DNA from: an uncultured virus (IMG/VR IMGVR_UViG_3300033121_001601)
Taxonomy: Duplodnaviria; Heunggongvirae; Uroviricota; Caudoviricetes
DNA length: 58,849 bases
Virus record (IMG/VR): IMGVR_UViG_3300033121_001601
Coordinates: 62,001 to 120,849 of that record
Reading direction: 5' to 3' (one strand)
Shown: piece by piece, positions 9,648 through 19,298 of the stretch
Layout: each line of letters begins with the position of its first letter
How positions within the stretch are numbered: position 1 is the first letter of the stretch
The notes under the pieces: model-generated
What the model saw: only the letters and a program-made list of their open reading frames with translations
What the model was told of the DNA's origin: nothing
The model's database searches: none
Made by a program: the position numbers and the translations under genes

Positions 9648-10184
9648 ATGGCGCCCAAAAAACCAAAGACAGCCTTCTCTTCTGCCAACCCCAAAGAAGT
9701 CCTGAGCCGCTTAGGCCTGGATCCCGAACGCTTCAAGCGAGAGAATACTCCAGAGGTCATGATCCCTAAGATGGCCATCGTTGGCTTGCTCGATACCATT
9801 AAGCAGTTTGCCGAAATTGGCAAGCAAACCGTTAGCTCCTCCATTCAGGGCCTCAATCCAGCCCAGATGAGACTCTTTCTTGATGCCACCCGAGGCACCC
9901 TGGACATGATTGACCAGTCTTTGCTTGCTTATGAAGCTTCCCTCCGTCAAGCAAAAGCCAAAGACGTCGTGGATACCATCGCTAAGTCCGTTCGCTTTGA
10001 CACAGGCACCACAGAGAATGAAGAGGGCGGCGATGAAGAAAATGAGACAGTCAACGATGATGACTCATACCAAGATTACTTGCCAAAAGAAGAAGAAGAA
10101 GAAGATGAATTCGAAGAAACGGACGACCCCTCCGCTGAAGTTGATGATGCCTTTTTTTCATCAAAAAAACGCTCCATCAATTAA
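9648..10184 (+). CDS. Hypothetical protein with very acidic C-terminal tail
   Basis: 178 aa; EEEEEDEFEETDD tract. Confidence 0.65.
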   Translation: MAPKKPKTAFSSANPKEVLSRLGLDPERFKRENTPEVMIPKMAIVGLLDTIKQFAEIGKQTVSSSIQGLNPAQMRLFLDATRGTLDMIDQSLLAYEASLRQAKAKDVVDTIAKSVRFDTGTTENEEGGDEENETVNDDDSYQDYLPKEEEEEDEFEETDDPSAEVDDAFFSSKKRSIN

Positions 10185-10190
10185 TGTAAC

Positions 10191-10769
10191 ATGTCAACAT
10201 CCAACAAGCTTCACAAGTGTAATTCTTGTGGCATAGAAGATCCAACAGCCTTCCACAATGGCTGCAAATCCAAGTGTCGCCAATGCAAGAAAACAGCACG
10301 GCAAACTCGGTACATTCTGGAACTCGAAGAAATTCAAGGCTTTATTGGCCAAACCAAAGTCTGTGCCACCTGTGGCCAAGAGAAAGACACAACCCACTTT
10401 GTTCCCCAGAACTCCGACTGCAAACCCTGCATATCCCAAAAGAACAAAGTCCGGAGATGCCAGAACTACGCCTTTTACATATGGAAAAATGCCAGATACA
10501 GAGCCTCCAAAAAAGGCCTGGAATTCACCATCACACAAGCAGACATCCACATCCCAGATACTTGCCCCGTCCTCGGTATCCCCCTGTCTACCTCCACCTC
10601 CGGTAGACAACCCAACTCACCCTCCTTGGACCGTATCGACAATTCCAAAGGCTACACACCCTCCAACATCCAAGTCATCTCCTGGAGAGCTAATCGCATA
10701 AAAGCCGATGCCTCCGCAGACGAATTGAGACGTGTGCTGGCCTATATGGAAGGCAGACTCCTTCCATAA
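10191..10769 (+). CDS. HNH-type homing endonuclease with N-terminal Zn fingers
   Basis: CPVLGIPL...SPSLDRIDNSKGYTPSNIQVISWRANRIK; several CxxC pairs. Confidence 0.85.
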   Translation: MSTSNKLHKCNSCGIEDPTAFHNGCKSKCRQCKKTARQTRYILELEEIQGFIGQTKVCATCGQEKDTTHFVPQNSDCKPCISQKNKVRRCQNYAFYIWKNARYRASKKGLEFTITQADIHIPDTCPVLGIPLSTSTSGRQPNSPSLDRIDNSKGYTPSNIQVISWRANRIKADASADELRRVLAYMEGRLLP

Positions 10770-10813
10770 CTGCCCAACAGACAGCATATGGAAGGCAGAC
10801 TCCTTCCATAACT
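10744..10813. repeat. Two direct copies of a 28-bp hairpin-forming unit
   Basis: ATATGGAAGGCAGACTCCTTCCATAACT at 10744-10771 and 10786-10813; each contains TATGGAAGG/CCTTCCATA inverted arms. Confidence 0.95.
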
Positions 10814-11020
10814 CCCTCCCTCCCTTCCGGAAATTTTTCCGGAAAATTTTCCACCAAAAATTTCAAAAATGTGCTTGTTTTCGTGCGGGGGTCTGACCCG
10901 CAATTCTCGTGCCGGGCCCTCCCACACATGTCGGCACCCTCCCCCGGGGGTACCCCCACCCCCCCAACTAGTAGTTTGCAAACCCCCTCACATGGGTTAT
11001 ATCTCTGGATAAGGAATCCA

Positions 11021-11479
11021 ATGGGTAACATCTGTTCAGTATGCAAGCTTGATAAGACCGAAGATGAAATGGCAACCAGTCCACGGACTCACAAGAAGGT
11101 GAAGGTGTGTCTTGCCTGTTGGGACAAGCACTATGCCCGCCTCACCAAGTCCTCAGAGCATCACAAAGCCAAACAACGCAAAGAAGACAGCAATGGAAGG
11201 AAGGTTGCCATTGCTCGCAATAGAAGCTTCATTGCTTCCATCTTGTGTGGTGCCAAGTGCATGGACTGCGGCTATGACAATTGGATTGCTTTAGAGCTTG
11301 ACCATCGTGATGCAGCCGAGAAGGAAGATGCTGTAACCAGATTGGTCAATAATGGCATCTCTTTGGAGCGAGTGAAGGCAGAAGCAGCCAAGTGTGACAT
11401 CGTGTGTGCCAACTGTCATGCCATTCGAACAGCCATCCAAGCCAAGAGCTGGCGTATAGCGTTTAACCGGCCAGATTGA
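11021..11479 (+). CDS. HNH endonuclease
   Basis: CMDCG...ALELDHRD...KCDIVCANCHAIRT; AAGGA SD before ATG 11021. Confidence 0.85.
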   Translation: MGNICSVCKLDKTEDEMATSPRTHKKVKVCLACWDKHYARLTKSSEHHKAKQRKEDSNGRKVAIARNRSFIASILCGAKCMDCGYDNWIALELDHRDAAEKEDAVTRLVNNGISLERVKAEAAKCDIVCANCHAIRTAIQAKSWRIAFNRPD

Positions 11480-11678
11480 TCTTCCCGACAGTCCGGCCAC
11501 CCTTACGGGCCGTGTTGATCCAACAGTTGTCGGTGCCGTTCTTCTTCATGCTCTCCAGGGCCTTTGCCTTGGCCTGAGCATACGTCCCTTCGAACAGCTC
11601 CACGTCCTTCATCATCCAATCTCCACCAACGTAGAAGAAGAGGCTGTAGGTCCGAGTCGTTTGGTTCGAGCTGCTCAT
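11463..11678 (-). CDS. Small hypothetical protein (leaderless, sigma70-like promoter)
   Basis: TTGACG-16-TATATT-6-ATG on the minus strand. Confidence 0.6.
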   Translation of the reverse strand: MSSSNQTTRTYSLFFYVGGDWMMKDVELFEGTYAQAKAKALESMKKNGTDNCWINTARKGGRTVGKINLAG

Positions 11679-12174
11679 GAGTTCAATATAGACATCCCTA
11701 TTTCATCGTCAACCCCCCTTTTCACATTTTCGCCCACGAGCCCTGACGAAAGATTAGTCTATCCGACCTGCCCAGAACTTCGTCTGAATTGTGAGTAAAT
11801 TCAAGCACTTGGCGCGGCATGGCGTGTGCATAGGGATTTGACCCTCCGGGGTTATTTGGGCACAAAATCCTCTCTCTGGAGTAGCCAGAGGCATTCGGCA
11901 AAGATTGCCCTAGCGCTTTCTCAGCTAAAAAGGAGGGTTAGTTCCGCTGGTCCTCTGGAAGATTTCTCAAATTGGGCATAAGAATTGCCTCTGGCAAACC
12001 GTGAGAGGCAATTCGGGAAATGGGACATTTTAGGACATTCAAAAGGGGACGTGGAAGATATTTGAGTTGAGGGAGGGTGAATAGTCAATGGACAAGAGCA
12101 GATTTGGTGATTATGCGTTGGCGACAGGGAAACCAACTTAGATCATTGACATTGAGGAAGGTCCGAATTTCCTA

Positions 12175-12570
12175 ATGCCATCATTTCCAAAGCCGAAGCC
12201 GCCCAAGCACCCTAAAAGGTCTGGGAAGCCAGTTAGTGTAAAAGCCATGGCACTGAGGGCTCAAAAGATGTTGAAGCACTTGAAGGTGGGGCAGCTCTAC
12301 AAGCTCTCCATGTCTTCGAAGCTTCCTGGCTACAGTGTACCTTACCTCTACAAGACGGCGGCTATTAGGGAGGGACTGATCCGGGTTGAGTGTGGGAAGT
12401 GGATCATCTTCCTTGGGAGCGAGGTATCGGGCCACGGGCTTTTCCTGAAGATTATCTACGAAGATGTGGTGGGTTGGTTCAAGATGACCGAGGGTGTGCT
12501 TCTCAAGAGAATGACCAAGAGGCAGAGATTCCGGATGGAGGGAAGCCAGGATGAAGAAGCCGAGACTTAG
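12175..12570 (+). CDS. Small beta-rich (SH3-like) paralog
   Basis: LKVGQLYK...KIIYEDVVGWF, a pattern shared with neighbours. Confidence 0.6.
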   Translation: MPSFPKPKPPKHPKRSGKPVSVKAMALRAQKMLKHLKVGQLYKLSMSSKLPGYSVPYLYKTAAIREGLIRVECGKWIIFLGSEVSGHGLFLKIIYEDVVGWFKMTEGVLLKRMTKRQRFRMEGSQDEEAET

Positions 12571-13237
12571 AGGTTCCAGGCCCACGGACACCACAAAGAT
12601 GAAGGAGGAAAAGGTTGTTCGAAAGGGCAACCTTTATTGCATTGGGAAGTTGCATAAGGAAACAGGCCAAGAGGATTTTGGTCCAATTCTTCTTTTGTCA
12701 ACTCGTGAGTATGACACAGCGCTAGCGGGGCATCCTGCGAAGGCCAGAGAGTGGATTGCTGAGATTTGGGATGGGGAAGCAGTTCTGTTTTTGGGAGCTG
12801 AAGAGAAGGGGCAATACTGGTTGGTGGGGGTACCAAGACATGTTTGGCTGCCTGGAGGTTGGGAAGGTAATTTTCTTGAACCCGATGAAGTAATGGTTAT
12901 GACAATGGGGATGTTTAACACGACCTGCGTTCCTTACTGGCCCAAAAGCGACTATAAACCTGGGAAACTCTACCGGATCAAGGATTACCCGTGGCATCTT
13001 TTCACAGTTTGGTCAGCATATGAGGGAGGCAATACTGCTTACCCTAAGAGGTTGTTTGATGTGGATGCTAACACCGAAGAGTGCTTTCTTTACATCAAGT
13101 TCGTCCCGGAGGAAGAGGAGCAAGGCCTTGAGGCTCTCCACCTTGTAATTTTCAGGGATACTGTTGGTGCCATTGATGGAAGAATGGAGTTGGAGGAGCT
13201 TATTTCTCCGGAGGATGGTTCTCATGAGCCGCCATGA
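12551..13237 (+). CDS. Two-domain SH3-like paralog
   Basis: RKGNLYC and YKPGKLYRI...LVIFRDTVGAI. Confidence 0.6.
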   Translation: MKKPRLRGSRPTDTTKMKEEKVVRKGNLYCIGKLHKETGQEDFGPILLLSTREYDTALAGHPAKAREWIAEIWDGEAVLFLGAEEKGQYWLVGVPRHVWLPGGWEGNFLEPDEVMVMTMGMFNTTCVPYWPKSDYKPGKLYRIKDYPWHLFTVWSAYEGGNTAYPKRLFDVDANTEECFLYIKFVPEEEEQGLEALHLVIFRDTVGAIDGRMELEELISPEDGSHEPP

Positions 13238-13667
13238 TGATTTCTTCTATCGACAGAAACCAGACCTTTCTACTGCTGAGAAGGAGAAGCCCAAGATTCC
13301 AGCCAACATTCGAAAGGGGATGTTGGTTTGCGTTAAAGTCAGCAACAGCTCTTCCGTTGATCTGTCTCAGGTGGACGTGGACGGGACGGAGCTTCACCGG
13401 TTTCATTTTTTGTCCCCTCAGGAGTCTTGGGAGCAAGCATTCATGGTGGTTCGAGTTGGGAAGTTTCGGACCTTCATGGATGTCTTGTGGGGCGATGAGA
13501 TATGGAGAATCTTACCAAGGGAGAACCTTGCCATCATCCCGGTGACCGTAAGTAGCAGAGCGAGAAAGGAGTCCCTACCAGATGAAAAGGCCGGTAATCC
13601 CTATGGTTTCTCTGACGAAGAGATGGAGACCTGGGTTAAGAATGGTAGACTGGGGGATATAGGATAG
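13224..13667 (+). CDS. Hypothetical (SH3-like) protein
   Basis: IRKGMLVCV...DVLWGDEIWRI; GGAGG SD. Confidence 0.55.
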   Translation: MSRHDDFFYRQKPDLSTAEKEKPKIPANIRKGMLVCVKVSNSSSVDLSQVDVDGTELHRFHFLSPQESWEQAFMVVRVGKFRTFMDVLWGDEIWRILPRENLAIIPVTVSSRARKESLPDEKAGNPYGFSDEEMETWVKNGRLGDIG

Positions 13668-13689
13668 GTCCTTTCCTAACTCTCTTTTC

Positions 13690-13726
13690 CTCCCTCCTCT
13701 TGGTTATCCTCCACGCTTTTGGGATA
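13690..13726 (+). repeat. Dispersed intergenic repeat, copy 1
   Basis: C/T tract + CTTGGTTATCCTCCACGCTTTTGGGATA. Confidence 0.85.
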
Positions 13727-13770
13727 TTCGACAGAGCAGGAAGAATGTGTTATTCTTGAAGGAGGTATTC

Positions 13771-14187
13771 ATGGCGAAGTGGATCATGAAGGGAGACTTG
13801 GTGAAATTTCAGGTTATTTCTCAGTACCCGAGGCCCTCAGTCTTATTAGCTTTATGGGCTCCGAAACATCGGTTTGACTGGCGGAGTATGTATTCGAAAC
13901 CTCGGATTGCCCTGGAGTGTAACAAAATCTACACTGGGCTGGTTGTGGACACCTACTTGGTTAGCAGGAGTCGGCACGTTGAGAACTCCTTCAAGCCCAC
14001 TGCTAAGATGCAGCCGGGAAAGGATCAGCGGTACCTTCAGGAGATCAGCAAAGAGCGTGTCTACCACGTTCTGTCAGAAGACATGATCTTGTTCGTCCGG
14101 GCCAGTGACCTTGGCTTTTCCAATGCAAATGGCTTCCGGTGGGAAATGAGGGTTATTCAAAAAGGGAAAGCCCATGAAAGGAGGTAG
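13771..14187 (+). CDS. Hypothetical protein
   Basis: AAGGAGG SD before ATG 13771. Confidence 0.6.
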   Translation: MAKWIMKGDLVKFQVISQYPRPSVLLALWAPKHRFDWRSMYSKPRIALECNKIYTGLVVDTYLVSRSRHVENSFKPTAKMQPGKDQRYLQEISKERVYHVLSEDMILFVRASDLGFSNANGFRWEMRVIQKGKAHERR

Positions 14188-14362
14188 TTTTGTCACACTC
14201 ACAGAGCCAATCATTTACCGGAAATAGTTCCTTGTGTAGCTCTAGCAGAGTCGGTGGCGCTGTGGCAACCCTGGAGGGTCTGCTTGTTCTCTTGCTGGAT
14301 GAAGCGACTAGTGTGTCCAGGTTAGATTTTCACATGGTGTTTGATAGGATGCAGGGAAGGAC

Positions 14363-14659
14363 ATGCCTCACTTAAAACAAGGGAAGCTGTATCGGTTCAA
14401 GTGTTGCGGGTCTTTATTTAAAGAGGCAGAGGGTGAAAAAGTTATTGGGAGGGTCAACAAGGAAGATGTGCTGATGTTCATTGAACAAAGCACAGAAGTG
14501 CCTTACGTTTACAAGGTGCTTTCTGGAGACCAGGCGGGCTGGCTGTGTGCTTACCTGGATTGCTTTGAGGAGCTAACCGATGCTGAAGAAGTTGGAAAAG
14601 GGGAAGCTATACCGAACCAAGCAGATTCAGGTTCTCATGAAAACACATTACAAAAGTAG
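14363..14659 (+). CDS. SH3-like paralog
   Basis: LKQGKLYRF...KVLSGDQAGWL. Confidence 0.65.
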   Translation: MPHLKQGKLYRFKCCGSLFKEAEGEKVIGRVNKEDVLMFIEQSTEVPYVYKVLSGDQAGWLCAYLDCFEELTDAEEVGKGEAIPNQADSGSHENTLQK

Positions 14660-14822
14660 CGGCAAGCTTGCTACAATTCCGCCTCAATCTATTGTGTGTT
14701 TCCTTGGACACCACGCTTCCAACCACTGGATTATCCAGGTAGTTTACGGCGAACTGATTGGTTGGTTATTTTTGGAGAAGAATTCGTTGGACGCTTTGTT
14801 CACGAAGCCAAAGGGATTATAG
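14580..14822 (+). CDS. SH3-like paralog
   Basis: LEKGKLYRT...QVVYGELIGWL. Confidence 0.65.
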   Translation: MLKKLEKGKLYRTKQIQVLMKTHYKSSGKLATIPPQSIVCFLGHHASNHWIIQVVYGELIGWLFLEKNSLDALFTKPKGL

Positions 14823-14826
14823 CATC

Positions 14827-15147
14827 ATGAAGAAGTTGGAGCCGGGCAAATTCTACCTGACCCGAGAGGGGCACAATCTTTGGAAAACGGATAGTAGTGG
14901 TGCAAATCGCGTCAGGAACCAGGTACTGAAAATCTTGCTGCCTGGGACGATGGTTTTGTTTACCAAATTCGGAAAATTCCGTTACATACAGGTTGTATTC
15001 GAAGATGTTGTCGGCTATATCTGGTGCAACACCAACATATCGATGCACGATCACCTGGAGCCAGTAACAGAGGAGAACCTGGAAGAGCTCCAAGAGGCCA
15101 TGAAGGCAGACAGCGGATGGAGGCCACGCCATCATATCCGATCTTGA
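14827..15147 (+). CDS. SH3-like paralog
   Basis: LEPGKFYLT...QVVFEDVVGYI. Confidence 0.65.
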   Translation: MKKLEPGKFYLTREGHNLWKTDSSGANRVRNQVLKILLPGTMVLFTKFGKFRYIQVVFEDVVGYIWCNTNISMHDHLEPVTEENLEELQEAMKADSGWRPRHHIRS

Positions 15148-15175
15148 TAAAATCCATCCCTGGGAGCCGGGGACG

Positions 15176-15364
15176 ATGGTAAAGACCTGCGGGAATGACA
15201 TCCCTTTGTTCAAGACCTCCCGAGCTGGCTCTTTTGCTTTTCTGCAAATCCCTCCTGGAGAGTTGGTGATGTATGTTGATTGTGAGGCCAACCGTATGTG
15301 TAAGGTGATTTACGGTGAGAACATCGGGTGGACCTATTCCGATGCTGTGACAACCCCTCGTTGA
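15176..15364 (+). CDS. SH3-like paralog (start uncertain)
   Basis: KVIYGENIGWT. Confidence 0.55.
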   Translation: MVKTCGNDIPLFKTSRAGSFAFLQIPPGELVMYVDCEANRMCKVIYGENIGWTYSDAVTTPR

Positions 15365-15396
15365 CTTGAGAAGTTTTCGTGTTTAACCACATTCCC

Positions 15397-15768
15397 ATGT
15401 CTGACAGGCTAAGTCGTGGAGTCTTGCGAAATGGCAAGAAACAGATTATCAGGGCCAACCGGAGAAACAGGTTGGCCAACAAGTTGAAGCGAGGAAAACT
15501 TTACACTTTTCTTGCGGCGAGCGCAACCCAGGCCATTTACGCTACGCCCAATATAATGGGGAAGGTGATTGGCTGCCTTCCAGACAAGGCCACGGTGATG
15601 TGCGTTGACCCTGCACCCTTCCTTTATAAGAACCGGAAGAACAACTGCTGGATGATGTTCTACATTGGCTATGGGGAGCTTTTCGGGTATGTGGCTTGCC
15701 ACTACAGCGAAGCAGCAGAAGAAGAGGAATTTCAAGCACACAGGTTCTTCAAGCGAGTCTATGCTTAA
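15397..15768 (+). CDS. SH3-like paralog
   Basis: LKRGKLYTF...YIGYGELFGYV. Confidence 0.65.
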   Translation: MSDRLSRGVLRNGKKQIIRANRRNRLANKLKRGKLYTFLAASATQAIYATPNIMGKVIGCLPDKATVMCVDPAPFLYKNRKNNCWMMFYIGYGELFGYVACHYSEAAEEEEFQAHRFFKRVYA

Positions 15769-15771
15769 GGC

Positions 15772-16218
15772 ATGACCGTTGTTATGCCTCAAAGATTCCG
15801 GAAGGGTGAAGTCTTCTGCTACGTCAGCTCTTTTGACTCTTCCTTGCCCGTGTGTGCCAAGGATGAGACAGGAAGGTTCATCCGCCTTCACGAGAACCCT
15901 GTGAACTGGCTGGCTCAAGGCCATGAGCTGTTTCACAAGGTACCCGGCAAGAAGCCCTGCTTTGGGTTTGTGTGCGAGTACGACCCGATGTGCCTCGTGG
16001 TTCATGCCGGTTCCGAGTGGAATGAATTTGAGCAACATGCCTTCTTTGGCATCCTCTTTGTGGACTCACATCCTCACATGATCCGAATTGAAGACAATGA
16101 CCCACATCTTTGGAAGGTCATTGACCCTGAGCAAGAACTGATCCAAAACTGCAAGGGAGACATCACGACGCCATCAAAAGCTCTCCATGACTCCATGGCA
16201 CAACTTCACCCCGCTTAA
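15772..16218 (+). CDS. Hypothetical protein
   Basis: 148-aa ORF in the same operon. Confidence 0.55.
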   Translation: MTVVMPQRFRKGEVFCYVSSFDSSLPVCAKDETGRFIRLHENPVNWLAQGHELFHKVPGKKPCFGFVCEYDPMCLVVHAGSEWNEFEQHAFFGILFVDSHPHMIRIEDNDPHLWKVIDPEQELIQNCKGDITTPSKALHDSMAQLHPA

Positions 16219-16314
16219 GGCTCTACCTTCAGGGCTCTACCTTCAGGGCTCTACCTTCAGGGCTCTACCTTCAGGGCTCTACCTTCAGGGCTCTACCTTC
16301 AGGGCTCTACCTTC
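16217..16314. repeat. Tandem repeat, 7 x 14 bp (AGGGCTCTACCTTC)
   Basis: Counted directly; first copy has one mismatch; no spacers. Confidence 0.97.
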
Positions 16315-16634
16315 ACCAGTTTGCCATAAATGTGGCGGATTTGAACGTAGCCATTTACGTGCCCCTTGTTGTTCGAAATCTGGTATCTCTTGTCCTTCGG
16401 GGCTCCTTTGGAACCTCCCGTAACGGCACTCAGGAGGTGCAAGAATTGCCTTCCTTCCACCGTGCATAGCACAACATCACCTGGGGCCAAAGAAGCTTCT
16501 GGAGGGCTTCCCAGGGGCTCCACGGTGCAGAGCTGACCAGACTTAATTCTTGGCTGCATCGAATTTCCGTGAGGTCTGAACCTCACGGTCTCCCCAGCCT
16601 TTAACCTCTCAATATAGTGACTTGCCCATCCCAT
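16299..16634 (-). CDS. S24/S26-like peptidase domain protein
   Basis: VRFRPHGNSMQPRIKSGQ...PGDVVLC...FLHL (Ser motif GxSM; His at the general-base position). Confidence 0.7.
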   Translation of the reverse strand: MGWASHYIERLKAGETVRFRPHGNSMQPRIKSGQLCTVEPLGSPPEASLAPGDVVLCTVEGRQFLHLLSAVTGGSKGAPKDKRYQISNNKGHVNGYVQIRHIYGKLVKVEP

Positions 16635-17113
16635 TAGTTTGTACCTGTGTGTGTTTATGGAGTGCTTGTTATCAGGAACATTCTCGTTCGCAACCCCTGG
16701 AAATCACCTGAGATTCTGCGATAACCTGGGTCGAGTTTGGTGGTCAATGAACCCAATCTATTCACTGAGTGTGGCAATTGAGTTGACAGGCTTTTCTATT
16801 TCACTCTTCGAGTGAAAGGTTGTTGCAGGATTTGCTCACTGTAGCGCTTTGTCAAGTAGGATTGAAGCTCCAGAGTGTCCGTGATGAGCCGTGGTTCTCC
16901 TCGAAGGTACTTCGGGCATCCGCACTGGGGGCAGTGGCCCCCAACGCAGTGACAATAGAACCGGTTGCAGTATGAGCATTCCCAAATGCCGCCACAGAGG
17001 TGAAACATGATAGTGATCCTAGTGACTTACAAAGTAGTAGTTCTGGCGGGAATCGAACCCAATAACTTGCTTGTCGATGGAAGATGTAAATCATTGCCCT
17101 TCAAGGCCACAGT

Positions 17114-17365
17114 CTATGGCAATTTTTCTTTTGGAGGCACGAACTCACTTGACACAAAGAACTCTCGGATGGCAGGCCACATTGGATGGAATTCGATGAA
17201 GCCTGCTTCATGGAGCTGTTCCAGGACGGGGATCACCACATCCTCCGAGGCCTTCATGTGTTCTGCCAGAGTGGCCACAGGCATGAATGGCCAGTCCGGA
17301 TGCTGTTTAATGAAATCCCGGATGGCACGATAGATTAGGTCTCTTCCACCTCTGATAATAGGCAT
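17114..17365 (-). CDS. Small winged-HTH-like protein
   Basis: VATLAEHMKASEDVVIPVLEQLHEAGFIEF. Confidence 0.55.
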   Translation of the reverse strand: MPIIRGGRDLIYRAIRDFIKQHPDWPFMPVATLAEHMKASEDVVIPVLEQLHEAGFIEFHPMWPAIREFFVSSEFVPPKEKLP

Positions 17366-17453
17366 GTCTAACTTAAGAATCTCTAGGGCGAGACTCCATG
17401 TCTAGGACATGGTGCTATCTCCGTTTTAAGTCTAGTTATACCCCGGAGCAACG

Positions 17454-18119
17454 ATGAAGAAAACCCTTCAGAAAATATTCAACCTGTGGGAAGCAAGCGC
17501 CGAGAAAGGCTCGGACAAGCAAAGCGGCAAGAGTTGGCAAGACGGCAAGCCGGAAGGCAAGAAGCTTGCCGCCCAGGAAGTCCCGGATGAGAAAGTTGCA
17601 AGCTACAACAAGCCAAAGCCGGTTCAATTGCACAATGGTAATGATGGCTGGAACCAAGGTGGTGGCCCTTCTGGCTGGAATGCTCTGGAAAAGAAAGCCA
17701 AGTTTACTCCAGGGAATGATAAGAACAAGAACGCCCATTCTCTCCAGCAAGAGCAAGACAAGCTTCACCAGTTAGAAGAGGAGTTAGCTGCCCTAGGAGT
17801 CCAGGAAGAAGGTTTGATTACTCCCGATATGGGAACGTCGGTCCTTGGAAGGTCCCTTTTTACTGGAGCTGCCTTACAGCCACCTAATGGATATGGTCCC
17901 AACTTTGACCCTGCCGGCCCGGCTCCCGAAGAGCTTCCTCAGGGTTATGAGAAGAATACTGTTCCTGATCCCATTGCTCCAGAAGAGGGCTCAGGTTTTC
18001 AGCACCAGGATGTTGCTGGCACAATCATTGCTCCAAAGCAATGGATCCCTCGGGAATCAGTTGCTAAGAGACTTGCTGAGGCTCTCAATCAGCAACGTCG
18101 AGCAAAACTACGAAGATAG
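17454..18119 (+). CDS. Hypothetical low-complexity protein, possible virion protein
   Basis: 221 aa; TAGTTA motif and GGAG SD upstream. Confidence 0.6.
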   Translation: MKKTLQKIFNLWEASAEKGSDKQSGKSWQDGKPEGKKLAAQEVPDEKVASYNKPKPVQLHNGNDGWNQGGGPSGWNALEKKAKFTPGNDKNKNAHSLQQEQDKLHQLEEELAALGVQEEGLITPDMGTSVLGRSLFTGAALQPPNGYGPNFDPAGPAPEELPQGYEKNTVPDPIAPEEGSGFQHQDVAGTIIAPKQWIPRESVAKRLAEALNQQRRAKLRR

Positions 18120-18619
18120 TTGATGGCCCGCTCAAGACGCTCCAAATCCTCTTTGAAGCATCCTAGTCCAGTATTGCATCCTCGGCATAGCAATCCCCTA
18201 ACAACGTTAGTCGAATGACAATGGTCTACGGCCAACTCTTCAAGAGGATACTCCATCCGACAGATGGCACATCTTTGCTCTTGACCAACATACAACCCTT
18301 GGTGCTCTTGTAGAGATAAGCGGTATTTGTGCCTCAGCAGATATGCCTTATTGCATACTTTGCATAGGCTGGCGTGTCCATCCGGCGACACTACTTGCTT
18401 GGCAAATTCTTCGATTGGCTTGGAGTTTTTACATCCAGAGCAGAATTTTGCAGAAACCAGAAGGTAGTTTTGCTCTGCAACTCTTTTGGCTGTTCGTGCT
18501 TGATGTGTTGCAGATTTGCAGGATTTACAGTGGGCCACATACCCATTCACTTCTGAACGCCGATGAAACTCTGTTGTTGGCTTCTCGGTTTGGCACTTTC
18601 GACAGAACTTGGTTTCCAT
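18089..18619 (-). CDS. Endonuclease VII-family (HNH) homing endonuclease
   Basis: QRCAIC...LAVDHCHSTNVVRGLLCRGCNTGLGCFKED; tandem CxxC Zn fingers. Confidence 0.9.
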   Translation of the reverse strand: METKFCRKCQTEKPTTEFHRRSEVNGYVAHCKSCKSATHQARTAKRVAEQNYLLVSAKFCSGCKNSKPIEEFAKQVVSPDGHASLCKVCNKAYLLRHKYRLSLQEHQGLYVGQEQRCAICRMEYPLEELAVDHCHSTNVVRGLLCRGCNTGLGCFKEDLERLERAINYLRSFARRC

Positions 18620-18839
18620 ATGAGTAAGTATGGGACCAACTTGAAACTATCGGCAATTCATTCCCTGTGAGGGAGTCCACTGTCGGCTTGCCGAGCATAT
18701 CTCCAGGATGGAGCAGGCTCGAAGGGCCAAGCTCCGTCGGCCTTAGAGACTTGCAAGGTCTGGTTCGCAGAGTTCTTTTAGCCGTTCCGTGTATCCAGGA
18801 GGGTGTCCAGAGCATCCTGGACGCTTACCTTCTGTTTCT

Positions 18840-19298
18840 TCATGGATTCCCCAGGGTCATCTCAAGCAGTTCCTTTTCCCCAATACAGGCTGTCCCGTAG
18901 CTTTGGGCTTTCTCTGCTTTAGTGCTATAGCTATTTGGGCTTCTCATCACGAGGTAGGTGAGATTCTTGGTTACTCGGGGAGAATAAGTACCGCCGTGAA
19001 GCTCAACAAGAGCTTTATAGAACTCACGAGTGTGTTTTAGAGCACCCGTGAAGCAAAAGCTCTTTCCCGAGAGCTTCTCTGATATTTCAGCCGCGATGTA
19101 CTGTCGTTTGTCCACCACCCATGTCATTTCTCCGTGAATTATATGGAGGGTCCATTCAGACCCTCCGCCTACACAGAGTACAGCGGTGCCTGCCGGGATT
19201 GAGACCGATTGGTTTATGTGATACCCGCTTTCTACTTTGTCAATGTTTACGGCATAGGCCGTATGCCTGTTCTTTGCTAGCAGAATCTTGCCCTTCAT
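18840..19298 (-). CDS. Stand-alone BRCT domain protein (NAD-ligase C-terminal type)
   Basis: LSGKSFCFTGAL...VELHGG...VTKNLTYLV...KAEKAQSYGTACIGEKELLEM. Confidence 0.85.
   Translation of the reverse strand: MKGKILLAKNRHTAYAVNIDKVESGYHINQSVSIPAGTAVLCVGGGSEWTLHIIHGEMTWVVDKRQYIAAEISEKLSGKSFCFTGALKHTREFYKALVELHGGTYSPRVTKNLTYLVMRSPNSYSTKAEKAQSYGTACIGEKELLEMTLGNP

Noticed and set aside
16217..16314. Possible CRISPR array
   Set aside because: Contiguous 14-bp units with no spacers and no cas genes in the window.
18840..19298. DNA ligase
   Set aside because: Only the BRCT domain is present; no adenylation domain.
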